From IMG/VR virus record IMGVR_UViG_3300031950_000001, positions 80,056 through 144,055 of that record: 64,000 nucleotides of DNA, one strand, 5' to 3'. Of the stretch, positions 8,918 to 17,002 are shown in pieces. Numbering within the stretch: position 1 is the stretch's first letter; the number at the start of each line of letters is the position of its first letter. Both the position numbers and the translations under genes were made by a program. Below the pieces are notes generated by a model, which worked only from the letters and a program-made list of their open reading frames with translations, did no database searches and was not told the DNA's origin. The stretch is from a virus.

Positions 8918-9652
8918 ATGAACCGACACCGGCGCCACCAGCGCAGCAACCGTGATCATACTTGCATAAAGAACGAGAAGGTCTATCATTTGGGAGTGCG
9001 GCCTGTGGCGAACTATACCATTTTTTACCGTTGTGACGATGGCGCTGGTCCGTTTTATACACCTGGTACCAATTTTTCCGGCGTTTATCGCGCGTGGTTT
9101 GATGGGCGTTATTATCGCGTAGATCATTATAGCGACGTTCCGGAGGGGGATTACCTCGTCGTAGGGACTCGGGACTATTACAGTTCCGAGTGCCCGCCAA
9201 GAGATTCCTTTACCATTTTCTATCGTTGTAGAGATAATGCAGGACCATACTCCAGATATGGCACTAATTACTCCGGCGTTTATTACAATTGGCATGATCT
9301 GTGTCATTATCGCGTAGATCATTATAGCGATATTCCGGAAGGGAATTACTTCTACGGCTTGGACCCGGACTATTACGGTTCCGAGTGCCCGCCAGGCGAT
9401 TTTACTATTTTCTATCGTTGTGGCGATAATGCGGGACCATACTACGCAGCTTCCACTAAGTACTCCGGCGTTTATTACTATCCGGGTGATGAGCAGTATT
9501 ACCGCGTCGATCATTATAGTTGGCAGCCCGAGGGCGAGGGGCTCGCCGGCTGGCGATTGTCTTATTACGGTCCCACTTGTCCAGGCGGCCCTTCTTTTAA
9601 CCCTGCTTGGGCGCTTTATACCAATACTTATATAGGGAACGGCCATGTATAA
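8918..9652 (+). CDS. Tyr/Cys-rich protein with three tandem ~64-aa repeats (probable virion/adhesion protein)
   Basis: Repeats (F/Y)TIFYRC..AGP..SGVY..YRVDHYS..PEG..YY..CP start at 9014, 9209 and 9401. True start may be GTG ~9005. The stop overlaps the next gene. Confidence 0.7.
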   Translation: MNRHRRHQRSNRDHTCIKNEKVYHLGVRPVANYTIFYRCDDGAGPFYTPGTNFSGVYRAWFDGRYYRVDHYSDVPEGDYLVVGTRDYYSSECPPRDSFTIFYRCRDNAGPYSRYGTNYSGVYYNWHDLCHYRVDHYSDIPEGNYFYGLDPDYYGSECPPGDFTIFYRCGDNAGPYYAASTKYSGVYYYPGDEQYYRVDHYSWQPEGEGLAGWRLSYYGPTCPGGPSFNPAWALYTNTYIGNGHV

Positions 9653-11963
9653 GAAAAACGATCCCAGTCCGAAACCTATCAAGGCCAAAGTCGTCAAGGC
9701 CTCTGATGGCTCCGGTATCACATCTGGAGTTACGGCGTACCACATTACCGGTACGAGCCGTACTACCGGCAGTGGGAGCCTAACCCATATTGCGAACGGC
9801 TTATGGTCTTATACGCCAACGCAGAGCGAGACCAACTACAACGAATTCGCAATCGAGTTTTACCATGCGGACGCCGTAGCTAGGGGTCCAATCGTTCAGG
9901 TCTTTACGTCCAGCAAGCTTGTTTCCGAATTGAATGATCTCGCAAAGACGGATATCCTCAGCGACGGCGTAGCCTTCCCAGGCGCTCGTATCGATGCGGC
10001 CATCTCTAGCCGTCTGGCTACAGGCGATAGCAGGCTCAATTACTTGGATGCCTCGATTTCGAGCCGATTGGCCTCGACGGATAGCCGACTCAACAACCTC
10101 GATGCCGCTATTTCGAGCAGGCTGGCTACGAATGATTCGAGGCTTAATAATCTCGATGCTACCATTTCGAGCCGTGCGTCAGCGACGTATTACACCAGCG
10201 AACGAGCGGCCAAACTCGATTATCTGGATGCTTCCATCAGCAGTCGACTAGCTTCGTCGGCTTATACGGCTCCGGATAACGCCGGGATTGCGGCGATTAA
10301 AGCGAAGACCGATAAGCTCACCTTTAATGAAGGGAACGCTGTCTATGCTTATGGTTCGACGGGCGGCGCGTCGGCTGAAGAGGTTTGGACCTACTCCAAT
10401 AGATCGCTCACCGATAAATCCGGATTCTCCTTAACTTCAGATTATAATGCGGCGAAAAATGCTGCCTCTCAGTCGACGGTCGATGCGATTAAAGCGCAAA
10501 CCGACAAGCTGCAATTCACTACCGAAAACTACGTAAAAGCCAAAGCGGAAATCGTCGGTGATAAAACTGGCTATGGTCTTACAACCGACTACGACCGTGC
10601 AAAAACAGCGTTGGCCGTCTCTGAATACACCGCCCCCGATAACGCAAGCATTACGGCTATTAAGACGCAAACCGATAAATTACAGTTCAATGCTGCCAAT
10701 GACGTAAAAGCTACACTGGATGGCGAAACCGTTACCGTTTCCACCAATCAGGACAAGACTGGCTATTCCTTGACATCGGACTATGATGCCGCAAAAACAG
10801 CGGCTAGCCAGTCTACGGTTAATGCTATCAAGACCAAAACCGACAAACTCACGTTTAATGAATCTAATGCGGTCTATGCGTACGGACCCGCAGGGGGCGG
10901 AGCGTCTGCTGAAGAGGTCTGGACGTACTCCAACCGATCCTTGACCGACAAGTCGGGCTTCTCGCTGACCTCGGACTACAACGCTGCGAAGACTGCCGCG
11001 TCGCAGTCAACAGTTGATGCGATTAAATCGAAGACCGATAAACTCACATTTAATGAATCTAATGCCGTCTATGCCTATGGCTCAACTGGCGGTGCATCTG
11101 CCGAAGAAGTCTGGACGTATTCTAACCGATCTCTTACGGATAAGTCGAATTTCTCGCTTACTTCGGACTACAATGCAGCAAAGACTGCCGCTTCGCAGTC
11201 AACAGTTGATGCTATCAAGGCCAAGACGGATCGTCTGCAATTTACGACCGACAACGACGTTAAAGCAACCCTTGACGGCGAGAAAGTTACTGTTCAGTCG
11301 AACGAAGACAAGACAGGTTACTCGCTAACCTCTGCTTATGATGCCGCCAAAAATGCCGCTTCGCAATCTACGGCTGATGCTATTAAGGCCAAAACCGACA
11401 AACTCACATTCAACGACTCGAACGCAGTCTACGCCTACGGAGCCGGTGGCGCGTCGGCAGCCGAAGTGTGGTCGTATTCGACACGATCGCTTACTGATAA
11501 GGCAGGGTTCTCGCTAACCTCCGATTATGATGCCGCCAAGACGGCTGCGTCGCAGTCATCGGTCAACGCCATTCTTAATAAGATGGCTGCAACAGTGGTG
11601 ATCGTTAGTCCGCTTAATCCTGTATCCAAGCAAATAACCCTAATCAAAGGCGATTCGTACGAAGCCGAAGATAACCGTGATATACGATTTATGCTCGGTC
11701 CTACGCCAGACTTGTCTTCGTATTCACTCACATTTACAGCTGTTGAGACGGAAAGAGGCGCGTTCGTTATTGAAAAGACGCCGAGGCGTATTATACAAGA
11801 TAATCATCAGATTCTATCTATCGAACTCACGTCGGCAGATACGGCTAATTTGCCCGTCGGACCGAATTCACTCGAATATAATATAAAAGCTGCAAAGAGT
11901 GACGGTGATAAAATCACACTTGTTATGGGATCGATAACGGTCATCGAAGGCCGCGTTCGATAA
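9645..11963 (+). CDS. repetitive tail-fibre-like structural protein
   Basis: 18-aa LDASISSRLA repeats, then several GASAEEVWTYSNRSLTDK.GFSLTSDY.AAKTAASQS..AIK.KTDKL repeats, and a beta-rich C-terminal domain. Confidence 0.6.
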   Translation: MYKKNDPSPKPIKAKVVKASDGSGITSGVTAYHITGTSRTTGSGSLTHIANGLWSYTPTQSETNYNEFAIEFYHADAVARGPIVQVFTSSKLVSELNDLAKTDILSDGVAFPGARIDAAISSRLATGDSRLNYLDASISSRLASTDSRLNNLDAAISSRLATNDSRLNNLDATISSRASATYYTSERAAKLDYLDASISSRLASSAYTAPDNAGIAAIKAKTDKLTFNEGNAVYAYGSTGGASAEEVWTYSNRSLTDKSGFSLTSDYNAAKNAASQSTVDAIKAQTDKLQFTTENYVKAKAEIVGDKTGYGLTTDYDRAKTALAVSEYTAPDNASITAIKTQTDKLQFNAANDVKATLDGETVTVSTNQDKTGYSLTSDYDAAKTAASQSTVNAIKTKTDKLTFNESNAVYAYGPAGGGASAEEVWTYSNRSLTDKSGFSLTSDYNAAKTAASQSTVDAIKSKTDKLTFNESNAVYAYGSTGGASAEEVWTYSNRSLTDKSNFSLTSDYNAAKTAASQSTVDAIKAKTDRLQFTTDNDVKATLDGEKVTVQSNEDKTGYSLTSAYDAAKNAASQSTADAIKAKTDKLTFNDSNAVYAYGAGGASAAEVWSYSTRSLTDKAGFSLTSDYDAAKTAASQSSVNAILNKMAATVVIVSPLNPVSKQITLIKGDSYEAEDNRDIRFMLGPTPDLSSYSLTFTAVETERGAFVIEKTPRRIIQDNHQILSIELTSADTANLPVGPNSLEYNIKAAKSDGDKITLVMGSITVIEGRVR

Positions 11964-11996
11964 CACGAGAATTCCGTTTATCCGCTCTTGACACGG

Positions 11997-12033
11997 ACAC
12001 CTCGACGGCATAGATTAGTCGAGGTGTTTTTTT
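11997..12033 (+). terminator. intrinsic terminator
   Basis: acacctcgac...gtcgaggtgt followed by a T-run. Confidence 0.65.
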
Positions 12034-13549
12034 GTCCCTGCTTGGAGGGTCTGTAGTGAAGGCACTAATCACGGTTGGAGGTCCTCTTATCTCTATCGCT
12101 GCCGATGAGCAGACGCCGCTTACCGGTTCGATCGTCGAAAAGATCACCAAACCGCTCATCTTTACCAAGATTAAACTCAATTATCATCGAGGCAATCTCA
12201 ACAAGCATCCGGAACGATGTGTTCTCTATCATGTTGACGAACAAGGTAAGATTTGGTGTCATCGTGGCTGGATCGACAAAATTCACCGTATGCTCTTGTC
12301 AGAGGGATATGAAGTTACTATAAAAGAGGATTGGCCGCCGCTGGCGCGACCCGACTGCTATACAGAAGATATCCAAGCGTTGGCAAATAGCCTCCAATTC
12401 CGGCCTAAACAGATTGAATGCATTGCGGCTTTGATCGCAAGAATTAGAGACCGACGAGGTGGTGTTGTTGTCGCTCCTCCAGCGTTTGGAAAGACAAAGC
12501 TCATCTCGGCGTTGTGCGTTCTCTATCCTAAGGCGAAGATCGATATCATTACGCACGGTAACGAGCTCATTGAGGACCTTTATCGGCATGTTCTAAAGCT
12601 GACCCCGGACGTCGGTGTTATCGCCAAAGGAAGCTGCGACAAGCGTCGAGTAACGATTATCTCGGATATGAGTTTGAAGTATTCGGATGGAGACGCAGAT
12701 ATTGTATTGGCAGATGAAGTTCATAAACTCATGACGGATCGTGCGGTGAAGGAATTGGCAAGATACGATCACGCGTGTATGTTTGGATTTACGGCTACGC
12801 CCGACACACGGCTGGATAATGCCCATCGCCGAATGGAGGGGCTATTTGGTCCAGTGATCTTTCAGGTCGATTGGGAAGAGGCTGTCCGGCTCGGGGTCGT
12901 TGTTCCCATTCACGTCTATATGCTTCATATCGATTCCGGTGTTCCGGTATCGAAATATTACCGCAGCCAAATTAGTATGAAACGCTTTGCGTATTGGCGA
13001 AATACGGTTCGTAATCGCCGAATTGCCGAAGCCGCCCGAAACTTTGTTAAAGCTGGGCTTCAGACCCTCATCCTAGTTGAAACCGTTGAGCATATGGTGT
13101 ATCTTAAGGAGCTCCTTCCCGAATTTCAGGTCTGCTACAGCAACATGAATTTAGACCGTCCGGCCATGAAATTCCTTCGAAGCCGCGGATTGCTGGAGAA
13201 TGTTCCAAAACTTTCTTACCGCGATCGAATGGACGTCAAAGCGCGATTCGAGAATCGTGATATAATGGGTTGTATCGCCACTACAATTTGGACGCAGGGT
13301 GTTAGCTTCGATAGTCTTCAGGTTCTTATCCGTGCTGATGGCGGCTATAGCGAGACCAATAACCAACAATGGCCTGGCCGCGTCGCCAGAATTGATCCGA
13401 AAACCAATAAATCGTATGGTATTCTGGTAGATTGCTTCGACGAGTTCGATGTTTGGACCAAGGCCAGGTCTTTCGCTCGCCTCAGGAGCTATCGCAGCAA
13501 TGGCTGGCAAATCTCCCATCATCGGCCCAGTGAAACGCCTACCTTCTGA
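12032..13549 (+). CDS. superfamily 2 DEXH helicase (UvsW/XPB-like)
   Basis: APPAFGKT (Walker A), DEVH, FTATP, QQWPGRVAR. Confidence 0.9.
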   Translation: MSLLGGSVVKALITVGGPLISIAADEQTPLTGSIVEKITKPLIFTKIKLNYHRGNLNKHPERCVLYHVDEQGKIWCHRGWIDKIHRMLLSEGYEVTIKEDWPPLARPDCYTEDIQALANSLQFRPKQIECIAALIARIRDRRGGVVVAPPAFGKTKLISALCVLYPKAKIDIITHGNELIEDLYRHVLKLTPDVGVIAKGSCDKRRVTIISDMSLKYSDGDADIVLADEVHKLMTDRAVKELARYDHACMFGFTATPDTRLDNAHRRMEGLFGPVIFQVDWEEAVRLGVVVPIHVYMLHIDSGVPVSKYYRSQISMKRFAYWRNTVRNRRIAEAARNFVKAGLQTLILVETVEHMVYLKELLPEFQVCYSNMNLDRPAMKFLRSRGLLENVPKLSYRDRMDVKARFENRDIMGCIATTIWTQGVSFDSLQVLIRADGGYSETNNQQWPGRVARIDPKTNKSYGILVDCFDEFDVWTKARSFARLRSYRSNGWQISHHRPSETPTF

Positions 13550-14204
13550 AATTCTTGCCACTTCGACGGTTCAAGCAAAGAATGAATTCGATCTCGAAAA
13601 GATAATCCGTGACTGCTATGTTGCAAATCGAAAGTATTACGTCGGCGATAGTCAATCCAAGTACGGAGATACGCAGACCCGATGGGACATGCCGTCCAGG
13701 AAGGACGGCCTTACCACCTGGGGCCGAATAGCTCGATTTCTTATCGAACATAATATCGATGATGTTCATCGCTATGTTCACGCCCAGTTTGCTGCCAGCG
13801 ATAATCCAGCTGCACTCTACCCTCCATTTCTCATCGGCGGGAATGCCCTCAAAGCCTATCATGAGTACAATAGTACTGCGGATGAACGGCTAAGGTCGAG
13901 TCTTCATGCGGAGATCTCTCGATTTAGAACGGAAGTTGTCTTAAACTCGAAGCCAGGTATGACTACGGAAGAGTGTTGGCGGTTTGTTTTGATGAATTCG
14001 GGCAATAGTATTTCGCCGCTCTTGCGTTATCTGTGTGCTGTCGATATTGGAGCTATGGATTTGGCGAAGTTTTGGTATGACGCTGCTATGTTGCAAGTCA
14101 TCATGGATCCACGCGGATATATCCGCGTATGGGACGATTGTTTCAACGGGCGTATCAAAACGTTGATTACCGGGGCCGGAATTTTGATTCCGGAATCAAA
14201 ATAA
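13449..14204 (+). CDS. hypothetical protein (replication cluster)
   Basis: Long ORF between the helicases. Start uncertain (13500 or 13530). Confidence 0.6.
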   Translation: MFGPRPGLSLASGAIAAMAGKSPIIGPVKRLPSEILATSTVQAKNEFDLEKIIRDCYVANRKYYVGDSQSKYGDTQTRWDMPSRKDGLTTWGRIARFLIEHNIDDVHRYVHAQFAASDNPAALYPPFLIGGNALKAYHEYNSTADERLRSSLHAEISRFRTEVVLNSKPGMTTEECWRFVLMNSGNSISPLLRYLCAVDIGAMDLAKFWYDAAMLQVIMDPRGYIRVWDDCFNGRIKTLITGAGILIPESK

Positions 14205-14214
14205 GGAGTCTCCA

Positions 14215-15753
14215 ATGCAGCAGAACAGCCGTTTAGACCTCATTCTGTCCTATGTGATTCACAACCCTGCCTTTGCACGAACGGCATTTACACAGCTTAC
14301 GGACGAGCATTTTAATCTGATGACCGAACAGCACTATCGGCTATTGTGGCAATTTCTAAAAATCTATTACCAGCAGTTTAGTAGCGTTCCGAGCCAAAGC
14401 GTACTGAAAGATAGCATTAAAGCGCTTAGTCGAGAAAATACGATTATCTCAAAGCTAGAAGACAGCGTCCTTCAGCTTATTGATACCCTTTACAGTCGAC
14501 CTTCAAGCGATTTCCAAGATACCGCTCATGCAAATCGCGTTTTGCAGGATTTCTTAGGAGAAGTACTCAAGCGAAACCTAGCCAAGAACCTTGAGCTCGC
14601 GTCCGATGCGCCGACGATTAAACTACCTAAGATCCTTCAAGAAGCCGAGGAGAAGTTGCGCCACATCTCGACGATTACAAATCCGGTCCCGACCGGGTCG
14701 ATCGTCGATGCCCTTTTCCAGCAAGACGTAGGCGACATTGTACTGACTGGTCTGCCATTTATTGACGACCACATGAAAATGCGGACAAAAAACGTAAATG
14801 TTCTTTTAGGGCCGACAGGCGGCGGCAAGACGACGCTTGCGTGCCAGATCCTAACCCAAGCAGCTCTAACCCTATATGCCGATGACCGTTTTCTCGGCAG
14901 AGAGCCGTCGGGATGGTTCGCGTATTTTGGATATGAAGGTCCTATAGGCCGATCAGCATCCCTGATGATGAGTTATGCGGCCAGAATCCCAAGAAATGTA
15001 TTAGTTAATCTACGTAGCCTAGACGAGCTTTCAACGACCGAGAGACCAAGTGATTCCGATAGAGAACTTAGAAATCGAGGTGAAATACCGAGACTTGTCG
15101 GACAACGAGAGCGATTTGAAGAAGCCCAAAGCATCTTATCCAAGTACGTTAAAATATTTGACTTTTCCGGAGGAAAAGATAAAGACGGTCGATCATACGG
15201 ACATGGCGGTATCGACGAAATCGCCTCATTTGTCGACCATCATTGCAGTCAAACAAAGCTCCTGCCGAAGCTAATCGTTATCGATTGGGCAGGGATGGTT
15301 GTCCAGCGTTATATTAGTGCCCATAATCAGTCCGATAAAAACCTGATCATAGAACTGGGTCGGTTTGTTGATAAGGTCTATAATAAAATTGCGAGTCCGT
15401 ATAACTGCGTTGTGCTTGTCGTTCATCAGCTAAGAGGGGCCGTCCAACGCAACAAAACCATGTGCATGTCCGCCACCCACGCGGATGCGGCATGGTGCTC
15501 GGATTTTGGGGTTAACGCTTCGTACGTTTTCTGTCTTGGCGATAAAGACCCTGATACGAACGTCTGTCTGTTGCGATGGACAAAGACGCGGGACGGCAAG
15601 ACTCCGCCTCCCATCGTTTGCCAGTTGGACGGCGAACTCTCTCGATTTGTGACCGTTGATGACCTTTATCAATACGACTACGTCATTAAGCAGATTGTGC
15701 CGCGTGAGAAAGAGACGAGCCGAAAACCTCGTGTGTTTAGCGTCGATTTTTAG
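14215..15753 (+). CDS. DnaB-like replicative helicase
   Basis: GPTGGGKT, LIVIDW, VVHQL, KTRDG. Confidence 0.85.
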   Translation: MQQNSRLDLILSYVIHNPAFARTAFTQLTDEHFNLMTEQHYRLLWQFLKIYYQQFSSVPSQSVLKDSIKALSRENTIISKLEDSVLQLIDTLYSRPSSDFQDTAHANRVLQDFLGEVLKRNLAKNLELASDAPTIKLPKILQEAEEKLRHISTITNPVPTGSIVDALFQQDVGDIVLTGLPFIDDHMKMRTKNVNVLLGPTGGGKTTLACQILTQAALTLYADDRFLGREPSGWFAYFGYEGPIGRSASLMMSYAARIPRNVLVNLRSLDELSTTERPSDSDRELRNRGEIPRLVGQRERFEEAQSILSKYVKIFDFSGGKDKDGRSYGHGGIDEIASFVDHHCSQTKLLPKLIVIDWAGMVVQRYISAHNQSDKNLIIELGRFVDKVYNKIASPYNCVVLVVHQLRGAVQRNKTMCMSATHADAAWCSDFGVNASYVFCLGDKDPDTNVCLLRWTKTRDGKTPPPIVCQLDGELSRFVTVDDLYQYDYVIKQIVPREKETSRKPRVFSVDF

Positions 15754-15765
15754 AAGGAGCGTTTC

Positions 15766-16890
15766 GTGTTGCCTCTAAACGTCGAGCTTTATTCGATTCT
15801 CGAAAAAACCTTTGGATCCGTAAAGATCGCCAAAACCGGCGAACCGTTCCGCTATAATGCCGGAACGTTTGCCGGTTCTTCTTTTTTCGAAATCATCGAT
15901 TACGGTGAAACGTACCGAGTCTGCTGTCCGTTCTGTCTGAAACGGGGCGATCCTGATCACCGCTACCGGCTATGGATCAGCCATGTTTGGGGCTGTTACA
16001 TGCCCGAGTTGGATCGCAGACTATGGACAGCGGCAAAGTGCTTTCATAATGACTGCTTGGCAGATAAAGACGCGCTCAACGCGCTTATCGACATGGTTTT
16101 TATCTCGACATACAACATTTCGACGACGGATTTCGTGTATCCGGAAATAGAAGAACGAACGATTCCAGACCTTCCAGGCGAGTGTATTCCTCTTACTCAG
16201 CTTCCACCAGATCATAAAGCTATCGTCTTTTTGAAGCAGCGGAATTTTGATCCAGCGGAGCTATTTTCAAAATTTGGGGTGATGTACTGCCATAACTCAT
16301 CACAGTACCCTTATGCTATCGACAAACTCGTCTTTCCGATCGACTTTGAAGGCCGACGAGTAGGTTGGCAATGCCGTTATATTGGCAATTCACCCAAGAA
16401 CATGCCAAAGTATTTCTCGGCTCCCGGAATGAGCATTAGCCGCTATGTCTACAACTATGATACGGCCAAAAACCACCCGTATGGGGTAATCGTGGAAGGG
16501 GTTTTCGACGCCATTCGAATCGGCTATGCGATTGCTGTTTTTGGAAAGACCATAAGCCGAGCGCAACTTTCACTTATTACCTCTACATGGAACAAATGCC
16601 TTGTATTCCTTGACCCCGATGCTGCCTATGACGCCGAGAAGATTGTCAGTACTTTGCGGCAGAACGGCGTCAAGGCGATTGCAATTACCGGGCATCCATC
16701 CGATCCCGGAAAGATGCCTGCGGAAATATGCCATCAGTGGATCGACAAAGCTTTGACGACGCTGGAACATGATAATACCCCCTCGATCGAGGGATCCGAA
16801 GAGCCCTTTGCGGATTACAGTACGGCTATTGAGCAGACAATTCGTCGTCTCGAGGCCAGCCGCAATGGACATGAGCAGCCCAAAATTTGA
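15766..16890 (+). CDS. DNA primase (Zn finger + TOPRIM)
   Basis: CPFC..H..C zinc finger, PKY, IVEGVFDA, LDPDA. Confidence 0.88.
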   Translation: MLPLNVELYSILEKTFGSVKIAKTGEPFRYNAGTFAGSSFFEIIDYGETYRVCCPFCLKRGDPDHRYRLWISHVWGCYMPELDRRLWTAAKCFHNDCLADKDALNALIDMVFISTYNISTTDFVYPEIEERTIPDLPGECIPLTQLPPDHKAIVFLKQRNFDPAELFSKFGVMYCHNSSQYPYAIDKLVFPIDFEGRRVGWQCRYIGNSPKNMPKYFSAPGMSISRYVYNYDTAKNHPYGVIVEGVFDAIRIGYAIAVFGKTISRAQLSLITSTWNKCLVFLDPDAAYDAEKIVSTLRQNGVKAIAITGHPSDPGKMPAEICHQWIDKALTTLEHDNTPSIEGSEEPFADYSTAIEQTIRRLEASRNGHEQPKI

Positions 16891-17002
16891 TTCCGGAATC
16901 AAATTTTGATGCGAAAAGGCAAACCGACGGCATTTAATATTGGGAGGGCGGTTTCGGGCCGCCCGCGGCGATGTTTGTTAGCTAGTCGAAGGAGAGCCCG
17001 TC

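Noticed and set aside
8906-9745. 279-aa minus-strand ORF
   Set aside because: It is the antisense shadow of the Tyr-rich repeat gene. The plus-strand ORF fits the operon and overlaps the next start.
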